This document shows positions 23,717 through 36,420 of a stretch of DNA of 64,000 nt, in pieces. The notes under the pieces were generated by a model that worked only from the letters and a program-made list of their open reading frames with translations, made no database searches and was not told the origin of the DNA. A program made the position numbers and the translations under genes. The stretch comes from Octopus bimaculoides. Lineage: Eukaryota. The stretch is taken from assembly GCF_001194135.2 (NCBI RefSeq), contig NC_068984.1, positions 6,268,566 to 6,332,565 of the forward strand, in the 5' to 3' direction. Each line of letters begins with the position of its first letter. Within the stretch, counting starts at the first letter, position 1.

Positions 23717-24120
23717 TACTAGCAGAGATACCCGGCATTGCCCACGTTACATGCAATTGAAGAATTAGACTTTTCTGTTATATTTTTTTTTAATGAACTG
23801 GAATATCTATGATTCGAATTTCATCAAAATTGCAGATGAGGGTTCTTTCTCTCTTTACACACATGTATCCAATACGACTGATCTTTATGCGCAGATTCCA
23901 AAATTCAAGTCTTATGGAACCTGTTAAAAGGATTTTGCTCTTGAAAAATGGAGGTCATGGAGCTCTAAAATGTGGGAGTTAAGGTCACTCTTGAGGGTGG
24001 GTGTCTTAATGTCAACTAGAGAAGTTGAATTGTTGAGAATCTTTTCAACTTGGGTCTTATATCTATTGTTCGAATTTCTTTGAAATAGGAAATATATGTC
24101 TGTTCACTGGGTTTGTAAAA
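23717..24120 (+). mobile_element. Possible non-autonomous Helitron-like element (5' end recognisable, 3' end uncertain)
   Basis: Begins tactagcagagatacccggcattgccc, resembling TACTAG...ACCCGGCGTTGCCCGG ends of invertebrate Helitron-type non-autonomous elements; internal gaatttcatcaaaattg motif. Confidence 0.4.
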
Positions 24121-24441
24121 GAGAGCAAAGCTACAGAAACCAAAAGACAAATGATCACAATAAGCAGTCAGCTACCCTACCTTAGTTGTTACCACTCCCT
24201 TGCTTTTAGATATTTATTCCCTGCTGTTCAACCTATGTAGTGGGATGCAAGTTTCTTATTGAAATTTTTTCATTCTCTAAAAGTTCACTAAAATTAATAA
24301 CATCATGAAGATTTTTACATTTTTATTCCATTTGACCTGTTAACTATGTATCTACAAGAGCCTGAGCTACATGAGCTTAATCAATCTTATCCATTTAAAC
24401 ATCACTATGTAAAAAACAAGTAATCATTCACAAGCTATATA

Positions 24442-24754
24442 CAGGGGTTGGACAAAATAATGGAAACACCTTAAAATTTCAAACAAATTTATCTTAATAG
24501 TGGGTAGGACCACCTTTGGCAGTAATTACAGCTTGAATTCTACAAGGTATGGACTCATACAAAGTTTGAATTGTTTCCAAAGGAATTTTTGTCCATTCTT
24601 CAGTTAAAACAGTCTCCAGTTCTTGTAGTGATGATGGTGGAGGATATCAACTCCTTACTTGTTTTTCGAAAATGCACCATAAATGTTCAATAATATTGAG
24701 ATCTGGGGACTGTGGTGGCCAGATAAGATGTTCAACTTCACTAGAATGTTCCTC
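24442..24754 (-). mobile_element. Tc1/mariner transposon 3' end: transposase C-terminus plus TIR
   Basis: Minus frame EEHSSEVEHLIWPPQSPDLNIIEHLWCIFEKQVRS*YPPPSSLQELETVLTEEWTKIPLETIQTLYESIPCRIQAVITAKGGPTHY* (stop 24496-24494), containing the WPxQSPDLNxIE motif; TA|CAGGGGTTGGACAAAATAATGGAAACACC terminus at 24440-24470. Confidence 0.92.
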
Positions 24755-24759
24755 GTGCC

Positions 24760-25157
24760 ATTCAGTCCCACAGCATGGTACCTTGGACAAGTGATTTTCA
24801 TTAGAAATCTGGACTGTCCAAAATCTTGTGATTGGATTTGGTAAATGGAAACTAATGGAAGCCCATTGTATATATGTATATGTGTGTGTATGTGCATATG
24901 TTGGGGTGGGTGTTTGTATTTTCTCCTTGTCTTGACATCAAGCAATTATTGTAAACAATTATCACCATCACACAAACCAGGTTCTTTGTTTCCGTTTTTC
25001 AATGAAAACATGTTTGATCATGGAAAAATATTAGCTTGCTTGGAAACAGGTGATTGGCAACAAGAAAGCTATTTGGCCATAGAAAACCTGCTTCAACAAT
25101 TCCATCTGACCCATGCAAGCATGAAAAAGTGGACGTTAAACAATAATGATGATGATG
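24760..25157 (+). mobile_element. SINE with tRNA-type head (family A-like) and RTE-type 3' tail
   Basis: ttcagtcccacagcatggtaccttggacaagtg...ggatttggtaaatggaaact...(TG)n...gacccatgcaagcatgaaaaagtggacgttaaacaataatgatgatgatg. Confidence 0.7.
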
Positions 25158-26339
25158 TACAGGTTTGTTATAAAGGTGTTTAGCAATAATTGTGTAGATT
25201 GAATTAAGCCATGTATGTAAGTAAGTATCAAGTTATGGTTTTAAAACAACTGTTAATCCTTGTTCATTGAATAATGGATGGAAGTGTTCAAAATGTGCCC
25301 ATCAATAATAGCACTCATTCGTTTAAAAATAATTCCATTGATAAGTTGTTATGGTGATTCTGCTGACTTGCTACTTGTGTGTCAGACATTTGGTTCCTTT
25401 ATTTTATATATTTTGTAATTTTAAAATATTTCCTTAGATGTGTTGTGTAAATTTTTTTATGGGTCTACTGTGTATTATATTTATAATTTTTGAGCACTCC
25501 TATGAAATGTGTCCTAATAACACAGACATGGTCAAAATGTGTCTTACACAATGATATTATAAAACACTTTTTTGCTAATTAGTTAATTCTAAAAAAAAAT
25601 GTAGACATATGTATACATTTTAGGATGGATGTTGTACAGCTAAAAACTATGAAATGCAATATGATAATGAATACCTATTTTTAGAGTAAAATTCAATTAC
25701 TGAAAAACTGTTACCAACAAGAGTGCAGTAGTTGAACAAATATTAAAAAAAAAAACATTATCCAGTGAAATTTTATTCAGAGTAATCAATAAAGATATTT
25801 CTTTCTTCCATTTCATTATCATATGTAAATAAAACTTTAACCTTGTTTTAATTACCATTGATTAGAAGAGGCATTGATAATATAAAAGATGCCTTGGTAT
25901 TTACACTGTACTCCCTGAATTTGTGATGCAAGCTATCGAGTGATGGCTAATATTAATAATTCATAACTTTTATCATTGTTACAATTAATACAGGAATTCC
26001 TTATTATTTGCATTCTGGAAGTCAGTAATGAAAAGGTGTTGTGTAGTATTCAGTTATTTCTTTGATTTCTGAATCCAGACACTGCAAGGATCAATTTGCT
26101 TTTCATTCCTCAAAGTTATTATAATGAAGTTCTCAACAACAGCACAAGGACACACTTTTTCAGCAGAGGACACATTTAATCACATCAACCTAGATACTTA
26201 TTTTAATGACTTTAGATAAAAATAACTAACAGTCAAGTACTGCATTCCTCCTTAAAATTACACCTGAATTAGAAATTACTATTATTATAATTAAAATGGT
26301 GATGTAACAAATTATAATGCAATGAATGTCAGTTTCATC

Positions 26340-27040
26340 CATCAAAAGATTGATAAACATCTTTTCCATTGTACTCAAACACTGAGTCCTAAAACTTGCT
26401 ATTTATACTCACCAAACTCTTCGATCTCTCACCCTTTACTGAGACACTGCTTGACATTTGGAAGCACATTTCAATGTATCCCAATTCAAAAAGAGCAACT
26501 CCTCCAACTCAGAAAACTCTCCTGGTGAAAGCACATCCTTAACATAGTTAGGATCACATAGTTAGAACCCACAAAGGCTGGTTCTTCATTTCAGAGCCAA
26601 AAAATATTTCAGCCTCCAACAATTGCTAGCACTCAACAAAGTTCAAGCAAGCCTATACTGCTTCCATGTCTAGGATAGTGCTGCTAATATACACACAGAG
26701 AAGAGCCGCTTAACAGACTAGCTTTAATCACTAACATGCTTTAAGCTCTGCTTTGCATGTGTGCTGTTTCTCTCCATCTTTTCTATTGTTATGAAAATGG
26801 TTTGTGTTTTGCAGAGTTGGCTGATCTTGTACCTCCTCCCTTCCAGCACTCCCAATCCATATATCTGTCCACTCTCATCACTCTTACCATGTCCAACCCT
26901 TCCCACTGACACCACATTAACCACTTTGTTCCTTACAACATCTGCAATCTTGTCCATACTCATATTTTCCAGCTGGTGTTAAACCTGCAACAACAGAATA
27001 TTAAGAGCATCAAGCCCAGTGGTCTGTAGAACTAGCAAAA
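26340..27040 (+). mobile_element. CR1-group LINE ORF2 (RT C-terminal) remnant
   Basis: Plus-strand pieces LSW*KHILNIVR, FRAKKYFSLQQLLALNKVQASLYCFHV*, TQRRAA and LFYCYENGLCFAELADLVPPPF follow the CR1-group order (LxWxxHI..RxKxYF..QLLxLYKxQ..YCSHVW..IQRRA..LFYRYxxGxCSxELxxLVPP). Confidence 0.8.
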
Positions 27041-27407
27041 CTTATGGGCTCTAGAGCTTTTTCCAGACTCAGCAACTAAAATGTAACAGTCCTGTATTGG
27101 TTGGTCAATATAATTCTTTGTTCCTCTTCAAACATACTTTGTGTGAATACTAGAAATCAATATTAGTGATATGGATGGCAGAATCAGTAGAGTCCCTTAT
27201 GGTATTTAATTTTGCCTATTTATCTACTGATACCTGCAGGGATCATCTTTGCCCTTCATTGTTCCAGGATCAATAAAATAAGTACCAGTCAAATGCTGAA
27301 GTCATTCGAATAGACTGTTCCCTCCCTCAAAATATGTATCCTTCTATTAATGTTAAGAATTACTATTCTTATTACAGTAATGTCATGAATTTACAAAGAA
27401 TATACAT

Positions 27408-27826
27408 AGGCGCAGGAGTGGCTGTGTGGTAAGTAGCTTACTTACCAACCACATGGTTCTAGGTTCAGTCCCACTGCATGGCACCTTGGGCAAGTGTCTT
27501 CTACTATAGCCTCAGGCCAACCAAAGCCTTGTGAGTGGATTTGGTAGACGGAAACTGAAAGAAGCCCGTCGTATATGTGTATATATATATATATATATGT
27601 ATGTGTGTATGTATATGGTTGTGTGTCTGTGTTTGTCCCCCAACATCACTTGACAACCGATGCTGGTGTGTTTAAATCCCCATAACTTAGCGATCCGGCA
27701 AAAGAGACTGATAGAATAAGTATTAGGCTTACAAAGAATAAGTCCTGGGGTCAATTTTTTCGACTAAAGCCAGTGCTCCAGCATGGCCACAGTCAAATGA
27801 CTGAAACAAGTCAAAGAGTAAAAGAG
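27408..27826 (+). mobile_element. Full-length tRNA-derived SINE (my 'family A') with internal (TA/TG)n
   Basis: A box tggctgtgtgg, B box ggttcagtccc, body gccttgtgagtggatttggtagacggaaactgaaagaagcccgtcg, 3' ccagcatggccacagtcaaatgactgaaacaag-(aaagagt)n. Confidence 0.9.
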
Positions 27827-27858
<32 letters not shown>

Positions 27859-28743
27859 AATGAATCTACAATAACAAAGGAATTGAAATGATAAATATAA
27901 GATTGGTGGTATGTGGTGAATGCATTCATATTCTGTTCATATGAAATAATCAGTATAACATATTAATTTTTGCTATGTCATCATCTATACATGGATCAAT
28001 GGCAGGGAAATAGATAATTGAACAAAGCAATTTATCAATATACTGTGGCTATGCTATCTTTATTATAGGACATGGTGTACAAAGATTCATAACTGAAAAG
28101 TTGTTCTTATTTCAGATATGATTATGAATCTGTTGAGGGAAATGTTCGATCAGTTTTATTATAGAAGCAATCAAACTTAATTCTTCTTCGATAATAAGAG
28201 AGGGAATTCTCAAATAATATTGGAAGACCTACACTCAAAGCAGGATTAGAAATGCAACCTATGTACAGGAAGGTTAGATAAGAATCAGAGTGCTGTATTA
28301 CTGGCTGATAGCTTATAAGATGGAAGATCAGTATGGTATGGTTTGACTTTAAATATATTCTTTATATATATNNNNNNNNNNNNNNNNNNNNNNNNNNNNN
28401 NNNNNNNNNNNNNNTATATATATATATATATATATATATTGACAAGGTATCTGCAAAATAGGTTGAGAGTCAAGTAATTCAGCTTTTTAACACCTGTTCC
28501 AATGAATCCCAAAGTCATGAATATATCAATTTCTAAGGACAACTAAATCCTTATAACATAAAACAAAAAAATATGACATAGGGCTTAATGCTTACTAATG
28601 ATATAAGCATTGGTAACAATTACTGTAGCATACTGAAGGGTTGTTACTTATTACTATTAGGAAGATGACAAGAAAAACATGCTCTACTGACAATACTTCA
28701 CCAAAGTTAACTCTTTATATATGTGCGTGAATGTATAATATAT

Positions 28744-28950
28744 ATCATCATCATCATCATTATCGCTTAACGTCTGTTTTCCATGCTGGCATAGGTTGGA
28801 CGGTTCGACTGGGGTCTAGGAAGCCAGGAGGCTGCACCAGGCTCCAATCTGATCTGGCAGTGTTTCTACAGCTGGATTCCCTTCCTAACGCCAACCACTC
28901 CGGGAATGTAGTGGGTGCTTTTTATGTGCTACTGGCACAGAGGCCTGAGG
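28744..28950 (-). mobile_element. RTE-type 3' end
   Basis: (cat)n-cgcttaacgtctgttttccatgctggcataggttggacgg...tttctacagctggattcccttcctaacgccaaccac. Confidence 0.9.
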
Positions 28951-29080
28951 AGCTATGATCTTGCATAAACCAAACTGGTAAAAGAGGTATAAGGATTATC
29001 ATGAAGGAAGATGAATGAGCAGGTTGAGCAACATCAAGGAATTGACAGAGAGGAAGATTTTTTTGAGTTTGTGTGAGTGT

Positions 29081-29119
<39 letters not shown>

Positions 29120-29907
29120 CATGTTTATATATGTGTTAATGCAGATTGGTAATCTAAGGTATTCAATCCAGCTCTTTGCATTCTAAGAGCAATACCTGAT
29201 GCAATACTTATGCCAAACTGTCACTGGCCTTTCACAGTGGTTTGAAGAGGGGACAACTGCCATTCCTCAAAAAATCATGCACAGTTACAATGTCAACCTT
29301 GACTTTTGGAGGCCCTAATAAGTATATATAAATTACATGTGTATGTAAATATTACAATTCAAAACATCTGTAATGAATCCCATCAAATTCTGACAATGTA
29401 GTCTACAATGTGTACAGATTGACATATTGACTAGTCCTGGCGTGGTTCCAGTTGATTCTCAAAGAACTTCATACCCAGAGATGTTGTACAGACATAATTA
29501 TGAGTGATTACATACAACCTTCAAAAATGATTTCCAGTGAACAAGGTTTGCTGACCTGAAACTGTCTTGTGACCTTAGTCACATATTATGACATGGAAGC
29601 CAAGGTACCTGGCTTGATGAGTCCTGGGGCTCAAAACAGAGCTACTACTACTGTTCTACTAGACAGGTTGTCTACATTGGGTCTTGCAGAGTCCTAATCT
29701 CTCTAGTTCATACTTTAGAATTTCTTCATAACAGTCACTGTTGTTGAGATTGTGGCAAATGGAAACATTTGTTCTCATATAAACTCCCTCTTTTCTACCC
29801 TCTAGCTTCTTTTATTGTGCTCCACAGTTTCCCCCTTCTATCTCCTTAATAGTTGTTTCTATTTGTATCTCATTCTCTTTTAATGTCTCATTGCACACTC
29901 CTGATAC

Positions 29908-30055
29908 TTTATATTGTTGCAAGGATATCCACATAAATGGATTATAAGCCTGAATGGCTGAGATGAGTTATTATCAATATCATTGAAAGCCTTTTTCAGA
30001 GTGTTATCAGTCTGAAAAATCTTTTTGTCATTACCACATGAATGAAGTTTGTAAA
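29908..30055 (-). other. Candidate 148-nt exon ((V)YKLHSCGNDKKIFQTDNTLKKAFNDIDNNSSQPFRLIIHLCGYPCNNIK)
   Basis: Pyrimidine tract ttcactcttctttcattcttttgagttAG, open frame (part of track ORF 29880-30131), AAA|gtatca donor; not obviously repeat-derived; no homology recognised. Confidence 0.2.
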
Positions 30056-30781
30056 CTAACTCAAAAGAATGAAAGAAGAGTGAAAAATATCTGAAAGTGA
30101 ATTTGGACCATGTAACATTAGCTGACAACAAAAGGCATGACAGCTATTAGAATATAGAGACATTGCCATAACTGGCTTCAAATACAGTCTAGATATGATT
30201 TTTTTATACCAGTTAATATTGATTTCTGATAAAAGACCAATTTGCTGATAACCACTTTTTACAAGAAAAGGATGTAATTGATTGAATCAACTCTATAGTG
30301 CTCCATTTCCATCCATCTGTGGTGAATAATGGAAAATAGATACCTGTAGGATTTGAACTCTCAATACAGAAATGTTAGTGCACGTAGACCAGTGCACTAA
30401 CATTTCTACCAACACGCAACACTCAAATTACTGAATCTTCAATTTCCGGGAGTAGAATCTTGTTCAATAATGGTACTTATTTAGTCAACACTAGTTGAGA
30501 ATGAAAAGCAATATTGAGTTGCTCAGTAATTTGAATGGAGAAAATAAAAGGATCGAAAACAGATATGACAATGCAGTCTTCTTGCCAAGTCCACCATGCT
30601 TATATCAGTTAATATTACAATGTAAATGAATCTCATACAGACAGGTTCTTGGAATTTCAAACCAATATCTTTATTAAATCCCTGAAGGGTTGATTACTTT
30701 TATTCTGTTGTCATATCAGGGACAATGCTCTCAAGTTAGTTATTTCTTCACTTGCTTCTTGCTTCTTCTGCTTGAATAAGG

Positions 30782-30783
<2 letters not shown>

Positions 30784-30834
<51 letters not shown>

Positions 30835-30845
30835 CATATATATAT

Positions 30846-30900
<55 letters not shown>
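30784..30900. repeat. (TA)n followed by (GATA)n
   Basis: Direct reading. Confidence 0.95.
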
Positions 30901-31245
30901 CATTCAGCAAAAATTTAGATTCTGGTGAATATGATACCTAAGTTGAGGCACCAGAATTTAGTACGGTATTATCCATACAATTTCAAAGTAAGGTGATTGA
31001 AATCAAAATAAGCAACAAAGGTATCTAGAGGTAATGCAGAATGATCGTTTCATGCAACTCCATTTAATTGAACAATGCAATCATTACATCAATTTAAAAT
31101 GCAGAGCAATCCTCAGCTGCACAGAGACATAGAATTTAATTAAATTAGAACAGATGGACACATTAGTATAACTATACCTAAAATCTCCAAGAAGTTAAGG
31201 AGATAGACAAAGAACATGTTGCCTCTACTACAACATAGAAGTTAA

Positions 31246-31957
31246 ACTGCATGGCACCTTGGGAAAGTGTCTTCTACTATAGCCTCCATCCGACCAAAGT
31301 CTTGTGAGTGGATTTGGTAGACAGAAATTGAAAGAAGCCCATCATGTATATATTGTCGCACTCCTTTGGTTATGACAATAAGGGTTCCAGTTGATCCAAT
31401 CAATGGAACAGCCTGCTCATGAAATTAACATGCAAGTGGCTGAGCACTCCACAGACATGTGTACTCTTAACATGTTTTTTAGTGAGATTCAGCATAACAC
31501 AGAGTTTAACAAGGCTGGCCCTTTGAAATACAGGTACAACAGAAAGAGGAAGAAAGAGTGAGAGAAAGTTGTGGGGAAAGAATACAGCAGGGTTCACCAC
31601 CAACCCCTGCCAGAGCCTTGTGGAACTTTAGGTGTTTTCGCTGGATAAACACTCACAACGCCCGGTCTGGGAATTGAAACCACGATACTATGACTGCGTG
31701 TCCGCTGCCCTAACCACTGGGCCATTGCGCTTCCACTATATATATATATTTGTGTGTCTATATTTGTCCCCCCCCACCATCAGTGGACAACTGATGTTGT
31801 TGTGTTTATGTCCCCATAACTTAGTGGTTTGGCAAAAGAGAATGATAAAATAAGTACTAGGATTACAAAGAATAAGTCCTGGGGTTGATTTGCTCAACTA
31901 CAGGCAGTGCGCCAGCATGGCCACAGTCAAATGACTGAAACAAGTAAAAGAGTAAAG
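31246..31957 (+). mobile_element. Family A SINE (head truncated) interrupted by a second SINE
   Basis: Head part 31246-31353 (actgcatggcaccttggg...gaaagaagccc) and tail part 31737-31957 (tttgtccccccc...gccagcatggccacagtcaaatgactgaaacaag). Confidence 0.8.
31354..31736 (-). mobile_element. Second tRNA-derived SINE family (my 'family F') inserted in family A
   Basis: Minus head gtggaagcgcaatggcccagtggttagggcagcggac...cgtggtttcaattcccagaccgggcg with A/B boxes; body unrelated to family A. Confidence 0.8.
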
Positions 31958-32177
31958 AAATCGATGATTTTGGAATGGTTAGATAAATAATAATGTTTGG
32001 CTAACAGTTTGGAAATTGCTTGAGTATTATAACAAACATCATAAAAGTGCACACAAAAGTGGCCAACTGAATGAAATCCAGTTTTATCCATCTTCAAAGA
32101 ATCGCAAAGCTTACAATACAACAAGGTAGAATGAGTTGTAATAAAAATTGTTAGTAACATGGAATTTACTTTTGCAG

Positions 32178-32227
32178 GTAGTTATGAAAATCTAGAGATT
32201 AAAGGAGAGCATTTAATATTGCCGAAG
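32178..32227 (+). other. Candidate 50-nt coding exon ((G)SYENLEIKGEHLILPK), phase 1 to phase 0
   Basis: Acceptor tttacttttgcAG|, donor AAG|gtaata; only one of three frames is open; unique sequence between repeats. Confidence 0.4.
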
Positions 32228-32344
32228 GTAATATTATTTTTAAGCGGTCATACAGGTTTATATTTCTTTTGAAAGAGAAGAGAGAAGAATTAGGAAAGAT
32301 GGGAACAGTCACTGGCTCAGAGGGAACATCGAATAAAAATATAT

Positions 32345-32905
32345 ATCATCATCCTCATCATCATCATCGTTTAACGTCCATTTTCCATGCTGGCATGGGT
32401 TGGATGGTTCAACTGGGGTCTGGGAAGCCAGGAGGCTGCACCAGACTTCAGTCTGATCTGGCAGTGTTTCTACAGCTGGATGCCCTTCCTAACACCAACC
32501 ACTCTGAGTGTAGTAGGTGCTTTTTACATGCCACTGGCACAGGGGCCAGAGGAGGCCGGCGATGACCATGATCGGTTGGTGCTTTTTACGTGCCACCGGC
32601 ACGGGAGCCAGTCAAGGCAGCGCTGGCATTGGCCATGTTCAGATGGTGCTTTTTATGTGCCACTGGCACGGGGATCACAACTACAATTGCCATTTGATTT
32701 TAATTGTGATGTACTTGACTCAATAGGTCTCCTCAAGCACAGCATGTCACCCTACAATCCAAGGTACTTTTGAGTGGGCTGGGGCTGATTATGCGACACT
32801 GGTGTAGGTTACAGCTGTGAATTCACTTTATGTGCCAGGTCTTTGCAGTCACAACATATCTCCAGAGGTTTCAGTCTTTTGTCATTGCCTCTTTGAGGCC
32901 CAAAT
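32345..32905 (-). mobile_element. RTE-type element 3' region with three ~60-66-bp units
   Basis: (cat)n tail, ttccatgctggcatgggttgg, repeated ggtgctttttacgtgccaccggcacggg units, then RTE 3' UTR sequence. Confidence 0.9.
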
Positions 32906-33113
32906 TTGTATGTCTGTGTCTGTCCCACGATCATCGCTTGACAACTGATGTTGGTGTGTTTATGTCCCTGTAACTTAGTGATTTGGCAAAAGAGACCAAT
33001 AGAATAAGTATTAGGCTTACAAAGACTAAGTCCTGGTGTTGATTTGTTCAACTAAAGGCAGTGCTCCAGCATGGCTGTAGTCAAAGGACTGAAACAAATA
33101 AAAGAATAAAAGA
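32905..33113 (+). mobile_element. Family A SINE 3' half
   Basis: tgtctgtgtctgtccc...gcttgacaactgatgttggtgtg...ccagcatggctgtagtcaaaggactgaaac-(aaagaat)n. Confidence 0.85.
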
Positions 33114-36100
33114 ATTCGTGTTTAGAATAAAGTTCAGGGATTCTATCAATGACCTACCTTGTTGAAACAGTTGAGGGTAAGGACGAGTTTAGCTAAGCAG
33201 GATTTAGCTGCCAGGTTCAAGTGGATAGTGAAGAAATGTTTAAGGACTAAGAACCCATCGTTATGAGTGATTTTACATCATACAGGAATTTTACATCAGC
33301 AGTGAATAGGAACTCTGAGGATTCAGCAGAATGAAAAGGAGTTGGGAAAATTGAAGACATGTTTTACATAACTGTATAGTGTTTCTTCCTTGTTGGTTCT
33401 TCTCCTTCCAATGAACATTTTTCAAAGTTGCTACTATAATTTTTGTTTTCATCTCTCTTGGACCCTTTCCACTTTCTATCACAAGCATTTGTTACCTCTT
33501 GCTCGTCCTTCATTGCTTCCAATCCCTTCTCTTCCCCAACCCTGAGTCCCAATTTATCCATCAATATACTTCTTTTCTTTCTCATGAAGGTGTTCTATCC
33601 AAAATATTAATCTTCTCTTCTTCCTCTCACAACATAAAACTTATTCTACTGTTTGAATTATTCGTATTACTTTATGTGAATTCAGAACATCACTAGTTTT
33701 CTCACTCTACTGTTTTGCTAAGCATACATGTGTTTATTCAAAATTATCTATTACCTATTTAGACAGCAGTCAATATTGATGATTCTCTTGGTACCTATAT
33801 CAGCGACAACCAGTCAGTGCATACATTTTTATGAATAAATGTCCATATTTCTGTTTATATTTGCATCAGTGTGTTTGTCTTTCAATAACTAAAGATTCTA
33901 TCTTTCACAAAATACTGAGACAAAATAAATTTTCTGAAATTTCTCAGAAAATATTTTCATTATGTATATATTTTATACATTTTTCTTTCTCAGAAAAGGG
34001 TGTTGAAATTCTATTAAATATTTACACAAAAAAGAATTAATTTCTCTTGCTTTGAATATCATTTTTCTTTTTACTTTTGTGTTATTTACGTAGATTTTTA
34101 CGGAATTAGAATTGCAAAATAATCTCTGCAATACAATTTCAAAAATATTCATTGAAATCAAATTGGATGCTGTTTTTTTTTTCATTTGTTTTCTGTCTAT
34201 AATTTTACATTAATCACCTTCTACCATTTAAAACTTTCAATCATTCTGTTTATATAATTAGTATAAGAGTAGCAGAAGACTAAGATGATAGAAATGGTAT
34301 GCCTCAGAACTAAATATATTCAGTTTCATAACACAGAATTGTGTCTTCAAATCCTGATGCAATTTACTTTATTTCATCCAACTTAGGGTTGATAAAAAAA
34401 AAAAAACCTGTCAGTAGTAGAGTGGAATCTAGTAGAGTGGAAACATATAAAAGCAAGAAACTTGGAGTCAGAGTGCATCTTTAAGGTTGAATGAATAAAC
34501 CCCATGTATTGAGTACTCATTCTACATACTTCACTTCCAATTGTGTGTAAAAACACTCATCTACACTCCCTAAGTATATCAGAAAAAAAAAAAACAGAAT
34601 CCAAGGAGAGTGGTGGTGATTTGCACTGGCAGAACTTGTGTTATTTGGAAAAAGAGACAGAAAGACTACAGTACAATTGCCATGAGGAATGGAGTATCCA
34701 ATGATTCAGACATGATCCTTCTGGGTAAATCAGATTGCCTGACAGTAGTTTCTCAAGCATTGTGGAAATAAAGTTACTGCCTTTCTATATCTCCCTGTTA
34801 TCAGCTTTAACCTGAAGAAGGATTTATAACTGAAACGTTGGATATTCCATTTACCACAGCTGTTGCTTTTGTGAATGTGTGTGTATGTGGCATGAGTGCA
34901 TGTATACAAAGTTCACATAATCACATAGTTTCCCCTGTTAGGTAACCAATGCTGAGTTGAATTGGTAAATGGAAACTGCACAGAAGCTTTTCATATATGA
35001 GTGTGCATGTGTGTGTGTGTGTGTGACAAAAGAACTCCGGCTGAAATACAATAAATGTAAAATAAAGCTGAAGCAAATTAATACCAAATATATAGTGCGT
35101 GTGTTTTTATTGGCTAAACTGGCAACATGACCATCCCCAAATACAACAATATTTGTTTCAACACATGCTTTCACATCAAGAATCTTTCAAAACAAATATA
35201 TAACCGTACATATATATATATATCACACACACACACACACAAACACATATATATACATATATATATGTGTGTGTGTAGAAACACACACACAGGTGTGTAT
35301 GATTGTGTATAGAAGAATATATTACTCAAAGAAATTCCAACTTTGTCTGGTTTTCACATTTTATTTATAATCCTATAATAATATAATATAAGATAATATA
35401 ATACAATGAAATGATAGAATATTAAATGTCCATTCTGATTAAACTAGTACTTTCATGCATTAAACTATGCAATCTTCAGGTTCATGTAGTAGTGATGACA
35501 GTTATGTTTTACAATTTACAACTGTGTGTATATATATATACATATACACATATATACATAAACATACATATATATATATATATATCATTGGGTATAGGGA
35601 ATAGAATAGATACATACATGCTACATAAGTTTAATATAGATTTGAGTCCTTGTATAAATTGATCTTATGTTGTTTATTTCTTATTTCAGTGTTTTCATGT
35701 AGGACTTTCTGAGATCATTTATCTTGCTAATGATTCTTGATTGCATATCTTTAATGTTATTTTCCCCTTTTACTCCTCTTTATGCCTTGGCACATTAGCT
35801 TCAACTTTATTACTCTGCATTGATAATATTGATCCCCTTTGTTTGCTCCACATCTCTCCCCCACTGACCACAATCTTTCCTTTAAGAAACTGACCACCCC
35901 TTTCATCTCAAATATGGCTTTCTAGCTGATAAGGAATTTCGCTGTTTGCTTAACCAAGCCTTGCTTCCATCCATCTGTCTACTGTCTTTAGGATAGTAAT
36001 TTCTTCTTGGTTCATTAAATCTAAATACAAGTATTTGAATAAAAGGGAACTGAATGTGAATATAATGACTTAAAGTTACATAACTTATGCTTGGCTTTTC

Positions 36101-36420
36101 CTTGCTAAAATGTGTAGTACATATTAAGTTACTCCATTCCATACATCCAATGATTTTATAATCACAAAGTTAGCAATTATTGTTGCCAAAATTTGGAGTT
36201 GTATAAAAGTGCTCATCTTGTTGAAGTTGCCATTGAATTCGATATGGAACAAAATATATAACATGCTGATTAATTAACTTTGTTGATTATGTATTATCTG
36301 CATTGTGTTATCTATATAAGCTGTGTATATGCATGAGGCTAACAAACAGCCAGTACCAAAACAATTTTGGATTGTGCTACACAACACACACATCTGATGT
36401 GTGTGTGTGTGTGTGCATGA

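Noticed and set aside
27408-27490. tRNA gene (A and B boxes; also at 31670-31736 and in family B heads)
   Set aside because: No complete cloverleaf; each is the head of a multi-copy SINE.
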